A stretch of 64,000 nucleotides of DNA from Alphaproteobacteria bacterium (GTDB taxonomy: Bacteria; Pseudomonadota; Alphaproteobacteria; MPNO01; UBA830). Made by a program: the position numbers and the translations under genes. The stretch lies in NCBI GenBank assembly GCA_965243135.1, contig OZ251539.1:6039319-6103318 (forward strand), written 5' to 3'. Below, in pieces: positions 46,720 to 58,110 of the stretch (positions are counted from its first letter, which is position 1; each line of letters opens with the position of its first letter). Below the pieces are notes generated by a model. It did not search any database and was not told where the DNA came from. It worked only from the letters and a program-made list of their open reading frames with translations.

Positions 46720-48762
46720 ATGGAAATCGCCTATTCCGTCTGTCCTCACGATTGCGCGAGCGCATGCACTCTCGACGTCGAACTGGAAGCGCCGGACCGC
46801 GTCGGGCGCGTGCGCGGATCCGAAGCCAACGCCTACACCGCGGGCGTGGTCTGCGCCAAGGTCGCGCGCTATGCCGAACGGATCCATCATCCCGGCAGGC
46901 TGACCCGCCCCCTCAGGCGAAAGAACCCGAAGTCCCCGAGTTCGACGATGGCGGATTTCGAGCCGGTTTCCTGGGACGACGCGCTCGACGTCGTCGCCGA
47001 AGCCCTCGACGGCGCGGCGCGCGTCCACGGAAGGGAGAGCGTGTGGCTCTACAACTATGCCGGCACCATGGGCAGGATACAGCGCGACGCCATCGTCGGC
47101 CTGCGCAACGCCATGGGGTACTCGCGCCAGCACAACACGATCTGCTCGTCGATCATGCTGGCGGGAATGGAAGCCGGACTCGGCGCGCAGCGCGGATGCG
47201 ACCCCCGGGAATTCGCCGAATCCGACCTGATCGTCGTGTGGGGATCGAATCCCGTCCACACCCAAGTCAATCTGATGACCCACATCAGCCGCGCCCGCAA
47301 GGGCAGGGGAGCGCGCCTCGTCGTGATCGATCCCTACAGGACGGCGACGGCGCAGGCGGCCGACGTCTACCTGCAGCCGCTTCCCGGGACCGATGCGGCG
47401 CTCGCGTGCGCCGTCATGCACGTGCTGTTCCGGGACGGGTACGCGGACCGCGACTACATGTCCCGATACACCGACGATCCGGCGGCGCTCGAACGGCACT
47501 TGCGGACGCGCGGCCCCGAGTGGGCGGCGGCCGTCGCCGGCGTCCCGGAAGCGGATATCGAAGCCTTCGCGCGCGATTACGGAACGGCCGAACGGGCGAT
47601 CATCCGCCTGGGCTACGGGTTCTCGCGTTCGCGCAACGGCGCCGCCGGCTTGCATGCCGTGAGCTGCCTGCCGTCCGTCAAGGGAGCCTGGAAGCATCGG
47701 GGCGGAGGTCTCTACGGATCGATCGGACAGACGTTCGATCTCGACGCGCGCGCGGTCACCGGAGTCGAGGATCCCGCCGTGCGCTTGCTCGACATGTCGC
47801 GGCTGGGGCCCATTCTGAACGACGACCCGGACTGCCTCGGCGGCGGCCCTCCCGTCGCCGCCATGTTCGTCCAGAGCTCGAACCCGGCCGTCGTCGCGCC
47901 GGAATCGGGCGCCGTCCGGAAGGGGATGTTGAAGGACGGCTTTTTCCTGTGCGTTCACGAACAGTTTCTGACGGATACGGCGAAACTCGCGGACATCGTG
48001 TTGCCGGCGACGACGTTCCTGGAACATGACGACCTTTACACCTCGTACGGCCAGACCTGCCTCCAGATCGGTCCGAAAGTCGTCGATCCCCTGGGCGAAG
48101 CGCGAAGCAACCTCGATGCGGTGTCGGATCTGGCCCGTCGGCTGGGCGCGCCCGGGTTCGAAAAGACGGCCTGGACGCTGATCGACGAGGTTCTTCGCGC
48201 GTCGGGATACTGCGGCGCAGACGAACTCCGGGAGAAGCGCTTCATCGACGTCGCGCCGGCTTTCGAGGAAGCGCACTTTCTGACCGGCTTCGCTCATCCC
48301 GACGGCCGGTTCCGGTTCAGAGCTCGCTGGAACGGTCCGGACAGTTCGAAGCTCCCCCAGTTGCCGGACTATGCGCCGATCGTCGATCGGGCCGACGAGG
48401 CGCGGCCGTGGCGTCTGGTGACGGCGCCGTCGCGCCATTTTCTGAACACCAGTTTCACCGAGACGGAAACCTCGATCGAGCGGGAGAAGCGGCCCGAGAT
48501 CATGCTGCATCCTTCCGACCTCGACGCTTTGGGAGTCGGCGCGGGAGACCGCGTGCGCATCGGCAACGACCGCGGCGACCTGGTGTTGCCCGTCCGGCCG
48601 TTCGAAGGCGTGAAGCCCGGCGTGGCCGTTGTCGAAAGCGTCTGGCCGAACGCGGCCTTCGAGGAGGGGATCGGAATCAACCTGCTGACTAGTTCCGAAC
48701 CCGGGGCGCCGAACGGCGGCGCCGTGTTTCACGACACCGCGATCTGGATCCGGCAGGCCTGA
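46720..48762 (+). CDS. Molybdopterin-dependent oxidoreductase
   Basis: CPHDC...C...CAK Fe-S motif, WGSNP, PGTDAALA, TDTAKLADIVLPA. Confidence 0.92.
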   Translation: MEIAYSVCPHDCASACTLDVELEAPDRVGRVRGSEANAYTAGVVCAKVARYAERIHHPGRLTRPLRRKNPKSPSSTMADFEPVSWDDALDVVAEALDGAARVHGRESVWLYNYAGTMGRIQRDAIVGLRNAMGYSRQHNTICSSIMLAGMEAGLGAQRGCDPREFAESDLIVVWGSNPVHTQVNLMTHISRARKGRGARLVVIDPYRTATAQAADVYLQPLPGTDAALACAVMHVLFRDGYADRDYMSRYTDDPAALERHLRTRGPEWAAAVAGVPEADIEAFARDYGTAERAIIRLGYGFSRSRNGAAGLHAVSCLPSVKGAWKHRGGGLYGSIGQTFDLDARAVTGVEDPAVRLLDMSRLGPILNDDPDCLGGGPPVAAMFVQSSNPAVVAPESGAVRKGMLKDGFFLCVHEQFLTDTAKLADIVLPATTFLEHDDLYTSYGQTCLQIGPKVVDPLGEARSNLDAVSDLARRLGAPGFEKTAWTLIDEVLRASGYCGADELREKRFIDVAPAFEEAHFLTGFAHPDGRFRFRARWNGPDSSKLPQLPDYAPIVDRADEARPWRLVTAPSRHFLNTSFTETETSIEREKRPEIMLHPSDLDALGVGAGDRVRIGNDRGDLVLPVRPFEGVKPGVAVVESVWPNAAFEEGIGINLLTSSEPGAPNGGAVFHDTAIWIRQA

Positions 48763-48814
48763 AGCTGGAATTTTCGGTCCGGAGGCGCTATCTCGTTGGG
48801 AAACGGATGTCGAT

Positions 48815-49531
48815 ATGCCGGCTGACAAGAACAGGAGACATTTGCCGACGCAGGCCGACCAGGTTTCCGAGTTTCTGGCGAAGGTCGCGGAGACGCCCGT
48901 CGTCAGGTCGGCTTCGGGACGCGGCAGGCTCGTTTTCGCCATGGACGCGACGGCGAGCCGCGAGCCCAGCTGGGATCAGGCATGCCATCTGCAGGCCGAG
49001 ATGTTCCGCGCGACCGACGGACTCGGCGGACTGGAAGTGCAACTGGTGTTTTACCGGGGCTACGGGGAATGCAAGTCGAGTCCCTGGGCGTCGTCGTCGA
49101 GCGAGCTGGTGAGCCGGATGGTGAAGGTCCGATGCCTCGGCGGTCTGACCCAGCTGCGCAAGGTGCTGAATCACGCGATTCGGGAAACCGACGCCAAACG
49201 GGTCAACGCCCTCGTCTTCGTCGGCGACAGTTTCGAGGAAGACATCGACGCCGTGTGCCACGCGGCCGGCGAGCTCGGCTTGCGCGGCGTGCCGGCGTTC
49301 ATGTTTCAGGAGGGGACCAACCCGCTGGCGACCCAGGCGTTCCGGCAGATCGCGAAGCTGACGGGCGGCGCCCATTGCAGTTTCGATCTTTCGTCGGCGC
49401 GGCAGCTCAAGGAGCTGCTGAGCGCGGTGGCGGTCTTCGCGGCCGGCGGGAGGGCGGCGCTCGAGCGATTGTCCGACCGGAGCGGCGGCGCCGTCCGCAT
49501 GATCGCCGGCCAGATCGGGCAATCCGGTTGA
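48815..49531 (+). CDS. VWA-domain protein
   Basis: FAMDATASR (MIDAS-like), GGLTQ, FVGDSFEE. Confidence 0.85.
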   Translation: MPADKNRRHLPTQADQVSEFLAKVAETPVVRSASGRGRLVFAMDATASREPSWDQACHLQAEMFRATDGLGGLEVQLVFYRGYGECKSSPWASSSSELVSRMVKVRCLGGLTQLRKVLNHAIRETDAKRVNALVFVGDSFEEDIDAVCHAAGELGLRGVPAFMFQEGTNPLATQAFRQIAKLTGGAHCSFDLSSARQLKELLSAVAVFAAGGRAALERLSDRSGGAVRMIAGQIGQSG

Positions 49532-49541
49532 GCGAAACGGG

Positions 49542-50228
49542 ATGCCCTACGTCGTACTCGGCCTTGCGGTCGCGATCGGGTTGTTTTTCATCGTCAGGGG
49601 ACTGCGCGGCACCAGCCCGCGAAACCTCGGCCGCATGCTCGCCATGGTGGTTTCGATCGTGGCGGCCGGCACGTTCGTGTTTTTCGCGGCGACGGGCCGG
49701 CTCGGCCCGTTCGGCTGGGCGGCGGCCCTGTTGCCGCTGTTCTTTCGCTGGCGCCAGGTCCGTCGGATGTTCAAGAGCATGAGAGGGCCGACGCCCGGCC
49801 AGAACTCGGACATCGAGACGCGCTACCTGCGCATGACGCTCGAGCACGACAGCGGCGTCCTGCGCGGAACGGTTCTGGAGGGCAGATTCCAGGGCAGAAA
49901 CCTCGGGGAGATGTCGCTGGACGAACTGCTCGACCTGCTGCGCGAGTGCCGACTTCACGACATGCAGTCCGCGACCGTTCTGGAGTCCTATCTGGACCGC
50001 GTTCACGGCGACGGGTGGCGCGAAGGGGCCGACGCGCCGCCGTCCGGCGGATCGATAACTCGCGACCAGGCCTACGAAATCCTCGGCCTGAGCCCCGGCG
50101 CGCCGGAGGACGAGATACGCGAAGCGCACCGGCGCCTGCTTCAGGCGAACCATCCCGACCGCGGCGGGTCGACCTTCATCGCGGCGCAGATCAACCAGGC
50201 GAAGGACGTGCTTCTTTCCGGCGCTTGA
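49542..50228 (+). CDS. Membrane protein with C-terminal J domain
   Basis: N-terminal TMs; AYEILGL...HPDRGGS...INQAKD. Confidence 0.88.
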   Translation: MPYVVLGLAVAIGLFFIVRGLRGTSPRNLGRMLAMVVSIVAAGTFVFFAATGRLGPFGWAAALLPLFFRWRQVRRMFKSMRGPTPGQNSDIETRYLRMTLEHDSGVLRGTVLEGRFQGRNLGEMSLDELLDLLRECRLHDMQSATVLESYLDRVHGDGWREGADAPPSGGSITRDQAYEILGLSPGAPEDEIREAHRRLLQANHPDRGGSTFIAAQINQAKDVLLSGA

Positions 50229-50364
50229 CGGGGCGACGCCGCTTCGCGCAAGGACGGACGCCGCGCCCGCGGCTTCCCGACGCTGCGCGTCAGGTTGCAT
50301 GGCCGGCGACCGCGTGGCACACACGCTTGATCGCGTCTCCGGGCGCGCTCGCGGAACGGGAGAC

Positions 50365-51246
50365 ATGGAGAACAGAGTAAGGAAGGCGGTATTTCCCGTC
50401 GGCGGGCTGGGAACCCGGTTCCTGCCCGCGACCAAGGCCATGCCCAAGGAAATGCTCCCCGTCGTCGACAAGCCGCTGATCCAGTACGCGGTCGAAGAGG
50501 CGCTCGCGGCCGGGATCGAGGAGATCATCTTCGTTACCGGCCGCGGCAAGGCCGCGATCGAGGATTTCTTCGATCACAGCTTCGAACTCGGTCACGTGCT
50601 GAGCCAGCGCGGCCGCGAATCCGAGCTCCACGCCATCGACGGACCCGTTCTCGAGCCCGGCCGCGTCGCCTACACGCGCCAGCAGGAGCCGCTCGGTCTC
50701 GGGCATGCGGTCTGGTGCGCGCGCGAACTGGTCGGACGCGAGCCTTTCGCCGTGCTGCTGGCCGACGATCTGATAATGGCCGATCCGCCCTGCCTCGCGC
50801 AAATGATCGAGGTGTTCCGGGAAACGCGGGGCAATGTCGTCGCGGCCGTGGACGTGCCGCGAGAGCATGCGGCCCGGTACGGCATCCTCGACGCGGCTTC
50901 CGACGACGGACGGCTGGTCGAGATCAAGGGCATGCTGGAAAAGCCCGACCCGGCCGTCGCGCCCTCGACGTTGAGCATCACCGGTCGCTACATTCTGCTG
51001 CCCGGCATATTCGAGCGTCTGGCCGAAGGGCGGGTGGGAGCCGGCGGCGAGATCCAGCTGACCGACGCCATGGCGGGCATGATCGGCGCCGCGCCGTTCC
51101 ACGGCTTGCGATTCGAGGGCCGGCGGTTCGATTGCGGCGACAAGGCCGGCTTCTTCGAGGCCAACCTGGCCTACGCTCTCGCTCGCGAAGACCTTCGGGA
51201 CGAGGTCGGCGAAATTGTCGCAGCCTACGCGGCGGCGCTCGGCTGA
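50365..51246 (+). CDS. galU: UTP-glucose-1-phosphate uridylyltransferase
   Basis: GLGTRFLPATKAMPKEML, LGLGHAV, EIQLTDA. Confidence 0.96.
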   Translation: MENRVRKAVFPVGGLGTRFLPATKAMPKEMLPVVDKPLIQYAVEEALAAGIEEIIFVTGRGKAAIEDFFDHSFELGHVLSQRGRESELHAIDGPVLEPGRVAYTRQQEPLGLGHAVWCARELVGREPFAVLLADDLIMADPPCLAQMIEVFRETRGNVVAAVDVPREHAARYGILDAASDDGRLVEIKGMLEKPDPAVAPSTLSITGRYILLPGIFERLAEGRVGAGGEIQLTDAMAGMIGAAPFHGLRFEGRRFDCGDKAGFFEANLAYALAREDLRDEVGEIVAAYAAALG

Positions 51247-52574
51247 TGCGCATCGCCATGATCGGAACCGGCTACGTCGGCCTCGTTTCGGGAGCGTGCT
51301 TCTCGGAATTCGGCATCGAAGTCGTCTGCGTCGACAACGACGGCCGCAAGATCGACAGCCTTCTCGCCGGCGAACTGCCGATCTACGAACCCGGACTCGA
51401 CGGCCTGGTCGCCAGAAACGTCGAAATCGGCCGCCTTTCCTTCTCGAAAGAGCTTCCCGAGGCGGTCGGGGCGGCGGACATCGCGTTCATCGCGGTGGGC
51501 ACTCCAAGCCGGCGCGGCGACGGACACGCCGACCTGTCCCACGTCTACGAGGCCGCCGAAGAGATCGCGCGGGCGCTCGACGGCTACACCGTCGTCGTGA
51601 CCAAATCGACCGTCCCGGTCGGAACCGGGCGCGAGGTCGCCCGCATCATCCGCAGGATCAGGCCGGAAGCGTCGTTCGACCTCGCGTCCAATCCGGAATT
51701 CCTGCGCGAGGGATCCGCGATAGAGGATTTCATGCGCCCCGACCGCGTCGTGGTCGGCACCGACAGCCCGCGCGCCGCGGAAATTCTCGGAACCCTCTAT
51801 CGCCCGCTCTTTCTGCGCGAAACCCCGATTCTGTTCACGTCCGTCGAGAGCGCCGAACTGACCAAATACGCCGCCAATACGTTCCTCGCGACGAAAATCA
51901 CGTTCATCAACGAGATCGCCGACCTCTGCGAGAGGCTGGGAGCCGACGTCCAGGACGTCGCGCAGGGCATCGGGTTCGACGGGCGGATCGGCGGCAAGTT
52001 CCTTCATGCCGGCCCCGGCTACGGCGGCTCGTGCTTTCCCAAGGACATGATCGCCCTCGTCAAGACCGCGCGCGACAACGACATGGAGCTGCGGATCGTG
52101 GAAGCCGTCGCCGAGGTCAACGAACGGCGCAAGCGGGACATGGCGGGCAAGATCATCGCCGCCTGCGGAGGGTCGGTGGAGGGCAAGACGATCGCGCTGC
52201 TGGGCCTGACGTTCAAGCCGAACACGGACGACATGCGCGAGAGTCCGAGCCTCGTCGTCGTTCCGGCGCTGCACGAGGCGGGCGCGTCGGTGCGCGCTTT
52301 CGATCCGAAGGGCATGGACAACGCCCGGGCTCTCCTGCCCGGCGTGGAGTTCGGCAACGACGCCTACGGCGCGATGGAAGGCGCGGACGCGCTCGTCATC
52401 GTCACGGAGTGGAACGAGTTCCGCATGCTGGCTCTCGAACGCGTGAAGAAACTGCTGTCGAAGCCCGTCGTCGTCGACTTCAGGAACATCTACAAGGCCG
52501 AAGAGATGCGAAACGCGGGTTTCGATTACCACGGGGTGGGACGCGCGCCCGTTCTGGCGGCGGCGGATTCATGA
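51246..52574 (+). CDS. ugd: UDP-glucose 6-dehydrogenase
   Basis: GTGYVG, KSTVPVG, NPEFLREG, GYGGSCFPKD. Confidence 0.96.
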   Translation: MRIAMIGTGYVGLVSGACFSEFGIEVVCVDNDGRKIDSLLAGELPIYEPGLDGLVARNVEIGRLSFSKELPEAVGAADIAFIAVGTPSRRGDGHADLSHVYEAAEEIARALDGYTVVVTKSTVPVGTGREVARIIRRIRPEASFDLASNPEFLREGSAIEDFMRPDRVVVGTDSPRAAEILGTLYRPLFLRETPILFTSVESAELTKYAANTFLATKITFINEIADLCERLGADVQDVAQGIGFDGRIGGKFLHAGPGYGGSCFPKDMIALVKTARDNDMELRIVEAVAEVNERRKRDMAGKIIAACGGSVEGKTIALLGLTFKPNTDDMRESPSLVVVPALHEAGASVRAFDPKGMDNARALLPGVEFGNDAYGAMEGADALVIVTEWNEFRMLALERVKKLLSKPVVVDFRNIYKAEEMRNAGFDYHGVGRAPVLAAADS

Positions 52575-53959
52575 TTCGCGAAGGCGGGCACCGCTTCGAT
52601 CCGACGATATTGCGGGAATACGACATCCGGGGCGTGGTCGGCGAAACCCTGAGCGAAGACGACGCCTACGCGATCGGACGGAGCTTCGGGACGGTGATCG
52701 CCCGGGACGGCGGCGGCTCGGTCTGCGTCGGATACGACGGCCGCCTGACGTCGCCGTCTCTCGAGCGGGCGGTCGTCGCGGGCCTCAACGACTGCGGCGT
52801 CGACGCCGCGCGCGTCGGGCTCGGGCCGACGCCGATGCTCTACTTCGCCGTGCACGACGCCGCCTGCGCGGGCGGGATCATGGTTTCCGGATCGCACAAT
52901 CCGCCCGAATACAACGGATTCAAGTTGATGCGCGGAACCCGCCCCTTCTTCGGCGCCGACATCCTCGCGCTCGGCGAGATCGCCGCCGAGGCGGACTACG
53001 CCGCCGGGAGGGCCGGCGACAGTTCCGAGCGGATGTTGGACCGCTACGTCGAGCGGATAGCCCGGGACTACGCGGCGGACCGCGGGCTCAAGGTCGCCTG
53101 GGACGCCGGCAACGGGGCGGCCGGCGAGGCGATGGCGAAACTCGCGCGGAAGCTGCCCGGCGAGCACGTCCTGCTCAACGCCGACATCGACGGAACCTTT
53201 CCCGCGCATCATCCCGATCCGACGGTGGAGGCCAACCTCGAACAGCTGCGCGAAGCGGTGCTGACGGAGAAATGCGATCTCGGAATCGCTTTCGACGGAG
53301 ACGGAGACCGAATCGGCGTCGTCGACGGCGCGGGCGAAATTCTCTGGGGCGACCAGCTCATGACGGTGTGGGCCGCCGACGTGCTGGCGGCCAATCCCGG
53401 CGCGGTCGTGCTGGCGGACGTCAAGGCGAGCCAGGTCCTGTTCGACCGGATCGCGGAACTCGGCGGCAAGCCGGTGATGTGGCGTTCGGGCCACTCGCTG
53501 ATTAAGGCGAAGATGGCTGAAACCGGAGCCTTGCTCGCCGGAGAAATGAGCGGCCACATCTTTTTCGCGGACCGGTATTACGGCTACGACGACGCGCTGT
53601 ACGCCGCGGTTCGCCTTCTCTCGCATCTCGCCCGCGGCTCGGAAAGCCTGGCGCAAATCCGCGCGAGCCTGCCGCGGGCGTTCAACACTCCGGAACTCAG
53701 ATTCTCCTGTTCGGAGGATCGCAAGTTCGCGTTGGTCGAAGAAGCGCGCGCGAGGCTCGCCGCCGCGGGCGCCGAAATCTCCGGCGTCGACGGCGTGCGG
53801 GTTCTGACGGAGGACGGCTGGTGGTTGCTGCGAGCGTCGAACACGCAGAGCGTGGTGGTGGCGCGTTGCGAATCCAGGACCGCCGACGGCCTTGGACGAC
53901 TCAAGGCGGCCTTGGCGGAACAGCTTCGCGCGAGCGGCGTGGATCCGTCCGGCCTCTGA
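52571..53959 (+). CDS. Phosphomannomutase/phosphoglucomutase
   Basis: REYDIRG, GSHNP, FDGDGDR, GEMSGH, RASNT. Confidence 0.95.
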   Translation: MIREGGHRFDPTILREYDIRGVVGETLSEDDAYAIGRSFGTVIARDGGGSVCVGYDGRLTSPSLERAVVAGLNDCGVDAARVGLGPTPMLYFAVHDAACAGGIMVSGSHNPPEYNGFKLMRGTRPFFGADILALGEIAAEADYAAGRAGDSSERMLDRYVERIARDYAADRGLKVAWDAGNGAAGEAMAKLARKLPGEHVLLNADIDGTFPAHHPDPTVEANLEQLREAVLTEKCDLGIAFDGDGDRIGVVDGAGEILWGDQLMTVWAADVLAANPGAVVLADVKASQVLFDRIAELGGKPVMWRSGHSLIKAKMAETGALLAGEMSGHIFFADRYYGYDDALYAAVRLLSHLARGSESLAQIRASLPRAFNTPELRFSCSEDRKFALVEEARARLAAAGAEISGVDGVRVLTEDGWWLLRASNTQSVVVARCESRTADGLGRLKAALAEQLRASGVDPSGL

Positions 53960-53976
53960 CCGGGCGTCCCGGCTCG

Positions 53977-55263
53977 TCAGGATCCCGGAGCCGTCCGGAC
54001 GACCAGGCAGTCGATCTTGCGCCGTTTGAGGGCGCGGCAGGAATTCTGCGCCGTGAACCTCGACGCGACGAGCACGCGCGCTTCGTAGATTTTCAGCCCG
54101 CGGCGAATCTTGCTGTTGCGGGTGACGATCCTGTATCTGCGGCCCTGAAGGCTTGGAACCGTGCGGGCGGCCTTGGTGATGGCGCGGCGGGCGTAGTCGT
54201 AACGATTGAAGGCGCCGACTTGAATCGACCATGCGCCGCCGCTCCGGCGCCCCGCGAGCGCGGCGGTCGCCTTGGGCCTGGGCGTGGGTACGGGCACGAA
54301 TTTGGCCAACGCCGCGGTCGCTTTGGGCCTGGGCGCCGGTACGGGCCTGGGCACGGGCTTTCGCCTCGGCCTGGGCACCGAAGCCATCCGGGTCGGCGCG
54401 GCTCGCGTGGCGAATCCCTTGTCGAGCAGCCGCGCGATGTGCCGGTTGCGCCGCTTCGCGCTCTTGCCGCCGAAGACCACCGCGATCAGCCTTCTGTTTC
54501 CGCGTTCGGCGGAGGCCACGAGATTGTACCCCGAAGCCCGTATGTAGCCGGTCTTGATGCCGTCTAGTCCCGCGTAGCTGGCCAGCAGGCGGTTGTGGTT
54601 GCGGTAGTTGCGGCCGCGCCATTTCCAGCTTCGGCGCGAGAACTCTCGATACTCCTTCGGAAAACGCTTCAGCAGCGCGCGGGCGAGGATCGACATGTCT
54701 CTCGCCGTGCTGAGCTGCCGGCGGTTGGGGAGTCCGGAGGCGTTCTTGAACGTCGTGTTGCGCATGCCGAGCTTGCGCGCGCGCTTGGTCATGAGCACCG
54801 CGAACTTCCGTTCCGTTCCGCCCATGGCTTCGGCAAGGACGGTCGCGACGTCGTTCGCGGATTTCGTCACCAGGGCGGGGATCGCGTCCCGCACAGTGAT
54901 CGTCTCGCCGCGCCGGAGTCCCAGCTTGGACGGGGAGCGCCCCTGCGCGACCCGCGACACGGGCAGTTTCTGACCCATGCGGAGCTTGCCGGCGCGAAGG
55001 GCTTCGAAAGTCATGAACAGAGTCATGATCTTCGTGAGGGACGCAGGGTATTTTTTCGTGTCGGCGTTGGCCGCGTGAAGAACGCGGCCCGTGCCGGCCT
55101 CGACGACGATGGAGGCGTATCTCGCCGCCGCCGGCGGCGCGGCGGCAACGGCCATCGCGAGACTCGCCACGAACAGCAGTCGGAGCAAACCACTCTCCCA
55201 TAGAGTCCGGCCGGCAGTCCCGGCGATCCTTCCGGTGGGTATCCTTACCCATCCATACCACAT
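53977..55263 (-). CDS. D-alanyl-D-alanine carboxypeptidase (S11) with C-terminal SPOR-like domain
   Basis: PASLTK (SxxK), SAN (SxN), IKTG; WSIQVGAF; start uncertain. Confidence 0.9.
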   Translation of the reverse strand: MWYGWVRIPTGRIAGTAGRTLWESGLLRLLFVASLAMAVAAAPPAAARYASIVVEAGTGRVLHAANADTKKYPASLTKIMTLFMTFEALRAGKLRMGQKLPVSRVAQGRSPSKLGLRRGETITVRDAIPALVTKSANDVATVLAEAMGGTERKFAVLMTKRARKLGMRNTTFKNASGLPNRRQLSTARDMSILARALLKRFPKEYREFSRRSWKWRGRNYRNHNRLLASYAGLDGIKTGYIRASGYNLVASAERGNRRLIAVVFGGKSAKRRNRHIARLLDKGFATRAAPTRMASVPRPRRKPVPRPVPAPRPKATAALAKFVPVPTPRPKATAALAGRRSGGAWSIQVGAFNRYDYARRAITKAARTVPSLQGRRYRIVTRNSKIRRGLKIYEARVLVASRFTAQNSCRALKRRKIDCLVVRTAPGS

Positions 55264-55416
55264 AATATAGCATGCATGTCGAACCTTTGCAGAATCGGAT
55301 CCGAACCCGCCGGATCGCGAGGTCCGCCCGGAACTTGCCGCTTGCCGGACGTTCGCGCCATATTGCCTTCGCTCGGCGGCGCAGTTACTATCGCCGCGAC
55401 AGAGATCGGGAACCGC

Positions 55417-55773
55417 ATGGCGAACAACCCGTACCCTTGGGCCGTCCGGATGAACGTTAGGGACGGCCGCCGCGGCGACGAGGACGCCGATACCGGCGTC
55501 GTCGTGCGCTCCAGACCCAAGAAACCCTCGATGTACAAGGTCGTCATGCTGAACGACGACTACACGCCGATGGAATTCGTGGTCCATATCCTCAAGCGCT
55601 TCTTCAACAAGTCCAACGAGGACGCGACCCGCATCATGCTGCACGTCCATCGCAAGGGCGTCGGAATATGCGGCGTCTACACCTACGAGGTCGCCGAGAC
55701 CAAGGTTCAGCAGGTGATGGATCTCGCGCGTCAGCATCAACACCCGCTCCAGTGCACTCTCGAAAAGGCCTGA
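55417..55773 (+). CDS. clpS: ClpS adaptor
   Basis: [26 protein letters not shown]. Confidence 0.96.
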   Translation: MANNPYPWAVRMNVRDGRRGDEDADTGVVVRSRPKKPSMYKVVMLNDDYTPMEFVVHILKRFFNKSNEDATRIMLHVHRKGVGICGVYTYEVAETKVQQVMDLARQHQHPLQCTLEKA

Positions 55774-55777
55774 ACAA

Positions 55778-58102
55778 ATGCTTTCGCCCAATCTGGAAAC
55801 ATGTCTGCGGCGCGCGCTCGGGGAAGCCGGGCGGCGCGGTCACGAATACGCCACGCTCGAGCATCTCCTGATGGCGATGACCGAGGACCAGGATGCGCTC
55901 GCCGTCCTCCAAGCCTGCGGGGTCGACGCGGACAAGCTGGCCGAAGACCTTCGGAAGCACCTCGACAACGAAATGTCCAGCCTCGCGGTCGAGGGAGGGG
56001 AGGATCCCAAACCGACGGCGAGCCTTCAGAGAGTGATGCAGCGGGCGGCCATCCACGTCCAGTCGTCCGGCCGTCAGGAGGTCACGGCGGCGAACGTGCT
56101 CGTCGCCATGTTCTCGGAGCGCGACAGCCACGCGATCTACTACCTGCAGCAACAGGACATGTCGCGCTTCGACGCGGTCAACTACATCAGCCACGGCATT
56201 TCCAAGGTGCACGGCCGATCCGAGCGGCCAGCCGCGCGCAGCGCCGAAGAGGACGGCGAGCGGGAGAACAAGAAGGCCGGCGAGGCGCTCGACGCCTATT
56301 GCGTCGACCTCAACCGGAAGGCCGCCGAGGGCAAGGTCGATCCGCTCATCGGGCGCGAAGCCGAAGTCGAGCGGACGATACAGGTGCTTTGCAGGCGGAC
56401 CAAGAACAATCCGCTGCTCGTCGGCGATTCGGGGGTCGGAAAGACGGCGATAGCGGAAGGACTCGCCCGTCAGATCCACAACCGCGAAGTTCCGGACGTG
56501 CTGTCCGGCGCCACGATCTTCGCGCTCGACATGGGCGCGCTGCTGGCCGGCACCCGCTATCGCGGGGACTTCGAGGAAAGGCTCAAGGCCGTCGTCGCGG
56601 AGATCGAGAACCGGGAGGGCGCGATCCTCTTCATCGACGAAATCCACACCGTGATCGGCGCCGGCGCCACGAGCGGCGGCTCGATGGACGCTTCCAATCT
56701 CCTCAAGCCGGCGCTCCAGAGCGGCGGCCTGCGCTGCATCGGCTCGACCACCTACAAGGAATACCGGTCGTATTTCGAGAAGGATCGCGCGCTGGCCCGC
56801 CGGTTCCAGAAGATCGACGTCAACGAACCTTCCGTCGAGGACGCCGTGAAGATACTGCGCGGCCTCAGCTCCTACTACGAGAGCCATCACCGCGTCAGAT
56901 ACACGGCGTCGGCGCTTCGCACGGCGGTCGAGCTCGCGTCGAGATACATCACCGACCGGAAGCTGCCGGACAAGGCGATCGACGTCATCGACGAGGTCGG
57001 GGCGGCGCAGATGCTGCTGCCGGAAAGCAGGCGCCGCAAGATCATCACCGTCAAGGATGTCGAGACCGTGGTCGCCAAGATCGCCCGCATACCGCCGAAG
57101 AGCGTTTCCCGATCGGACAAGGAAGCGCTGAAGAACCTGGAGCGCGATCTGAAGACGGTCGTGTTCGGCCAGGACAAGGCGATCGGGGCGCTGGCGTCGT
57201 CGATCAAGCTCGCCCGCGCGGGCTTGCGCGAACCGGAAAAGCCCATCGGCTGCTACCTGTTCTCGGGTCCGACCGGGGTGGGCAAGACGGAGGTGGCGCG
57301 CCAGCTCGCGATGACCCTGGGCATCGAGTTGGTCCGGTTCGACATGTCGGAATACATGGAGCGCCATTCGGTATCCCGCCTGATCGGGGCGCCGCCCGGC
57401 TACGTCGGCTTCGACCAGGGCGGGTTGATGACCGATGCGATCGACCAGCAGCCGCACGCCGTGATGCTGCTCGACGAGATCGAGAAAGCCCATCCCGACG
57501 TCTTCAACATCCTTCTCCAGATCATGGATCACGGGCGGCTGACGGATCACAACGGCAAGTCCGTGGATTTCCGGAACGTCGTCCTGATCATGACGACGAA
57601 CGCCGGCGCGGCGGAGATGGCCAAGCCGGCGATAGGCTTCGAGCGCACGGCGCGCGTGGGCGAGGACGAGGACGCCATCAAGCGCATGTTCACTCCGGAA
57701 TTCCGCAATCGGCTCGACGCGACCATCGCCTTTTCCAGTCTCGGCCGGGACGTTGTCCTGCGCGTGGTCGACAAGTTCATCATGCAGCTCGAGGCCCAGC
57801 TCGAAGATCGCAACGTGACCTTCGAACTGACCGACGCGGCCCGCGCCTGGCTAGCCCGCAAGGGGTACGACGAGGCCTACGGCGCGCGGCCCCTCGCCCG
57901 GGTCATCCAGGAGGAGATGAAGAAGCCTCTGGCGGACGAAATCCTGTTCGGCAAGTTGTCGAAGGGCGGGGTCGTGCAGGTCGACGTGGGCGGCGAAGAC
58001 GCGCTCAGCTTCGAGATTCAGGCGTCGCCCCCGAAAAAGTCGTCTCCGAAAACGAAGAGTCCCGACCGCGGCGACAAGGTCGGCGAACTGGTCGAGGGGT
58101 GA
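55778..58102 (+). CDS. clpA: ClpA ATP-dependent protease ATPase subunit
   Basis: Two AAA modules ([16 protein letters not shown]); no M-domain; follows clpS. Confidence 0.97.
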   Translation: MLSPNLETCLRRALGEAGRRGHEYATLEHLLMAMTEDQDALAVLQACGVDADKLAEDLRKHLDNEMSSLAVEGGEDPKPTASLQRVMQRAAIHVQSSGRQEVTAANVLVAMFSERDSHAIYYLQQQDMSRFDAVNYISHGISKVHGRSERPAARSAEEDGERENKKAGEALDAYCVDLNRKAAEGKVDPLIGREAEVERTIQVLCRRTKNNPLLVGDSGVGKTAIAEGLARQIHNREVPDVLSGATIFALDMGALLAGTRYRGDFEERLKAVVAEIENREGAILFIDEIHTVIGAGATSGGSMDASNLLKPALQSGGLRCIGSTTYKEYRSYFEKDRALARRFQKIDVNEPSVEDAVKILRGLSSYYESHHRVRYTASALRTAVELASRYITDRKLPDKAIDVIDEVGAAQMLLPESRRRKIITVKDVETVVAKIARIPPKSVSRSDKEALKNLERDLKTVVFGQDKAIGALASSIKLARAGLREPEKPIGCYLFSGPTGVGKTEVARQLAMTLGIELVRFDMSEYMERHSVSRLIGAPPGYVGFDQGGLMTDAIDQQPHAVMLLDEIEKAHPDVFNILLQIMDHGRLTDHNGKSVDFRNVVLIMTTNAGAAEMAKPAIGFERTARVGEDEDAIKRMFTPEFRNRLDATIAFSSLGRDVVLRVVDKFIMQLEAQLEDRNVTFELTDAARAWLARKGYDEAYGARPLARVIQEEMKKPLADEILFGKLSKGGVVQVDVGGEDALSFEIQASPPKKSSPKTKSPDRGDKVGELVEG

Positions 58103-58110
58103 GGCTCCCG

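Noticed and set aside
45352-48942. 1196-aa minus-strand ORF
   Set aside because: Antisense shadow of the DUF3179 and molybdopterin oxidoreductase genes; no motifs
48815-50228. VWA plus J-domain pair as a novel system
   Set aside because: It is a commonly seen alphaproteobacterial gene pair in a housekeeping context, with nothing unusual here
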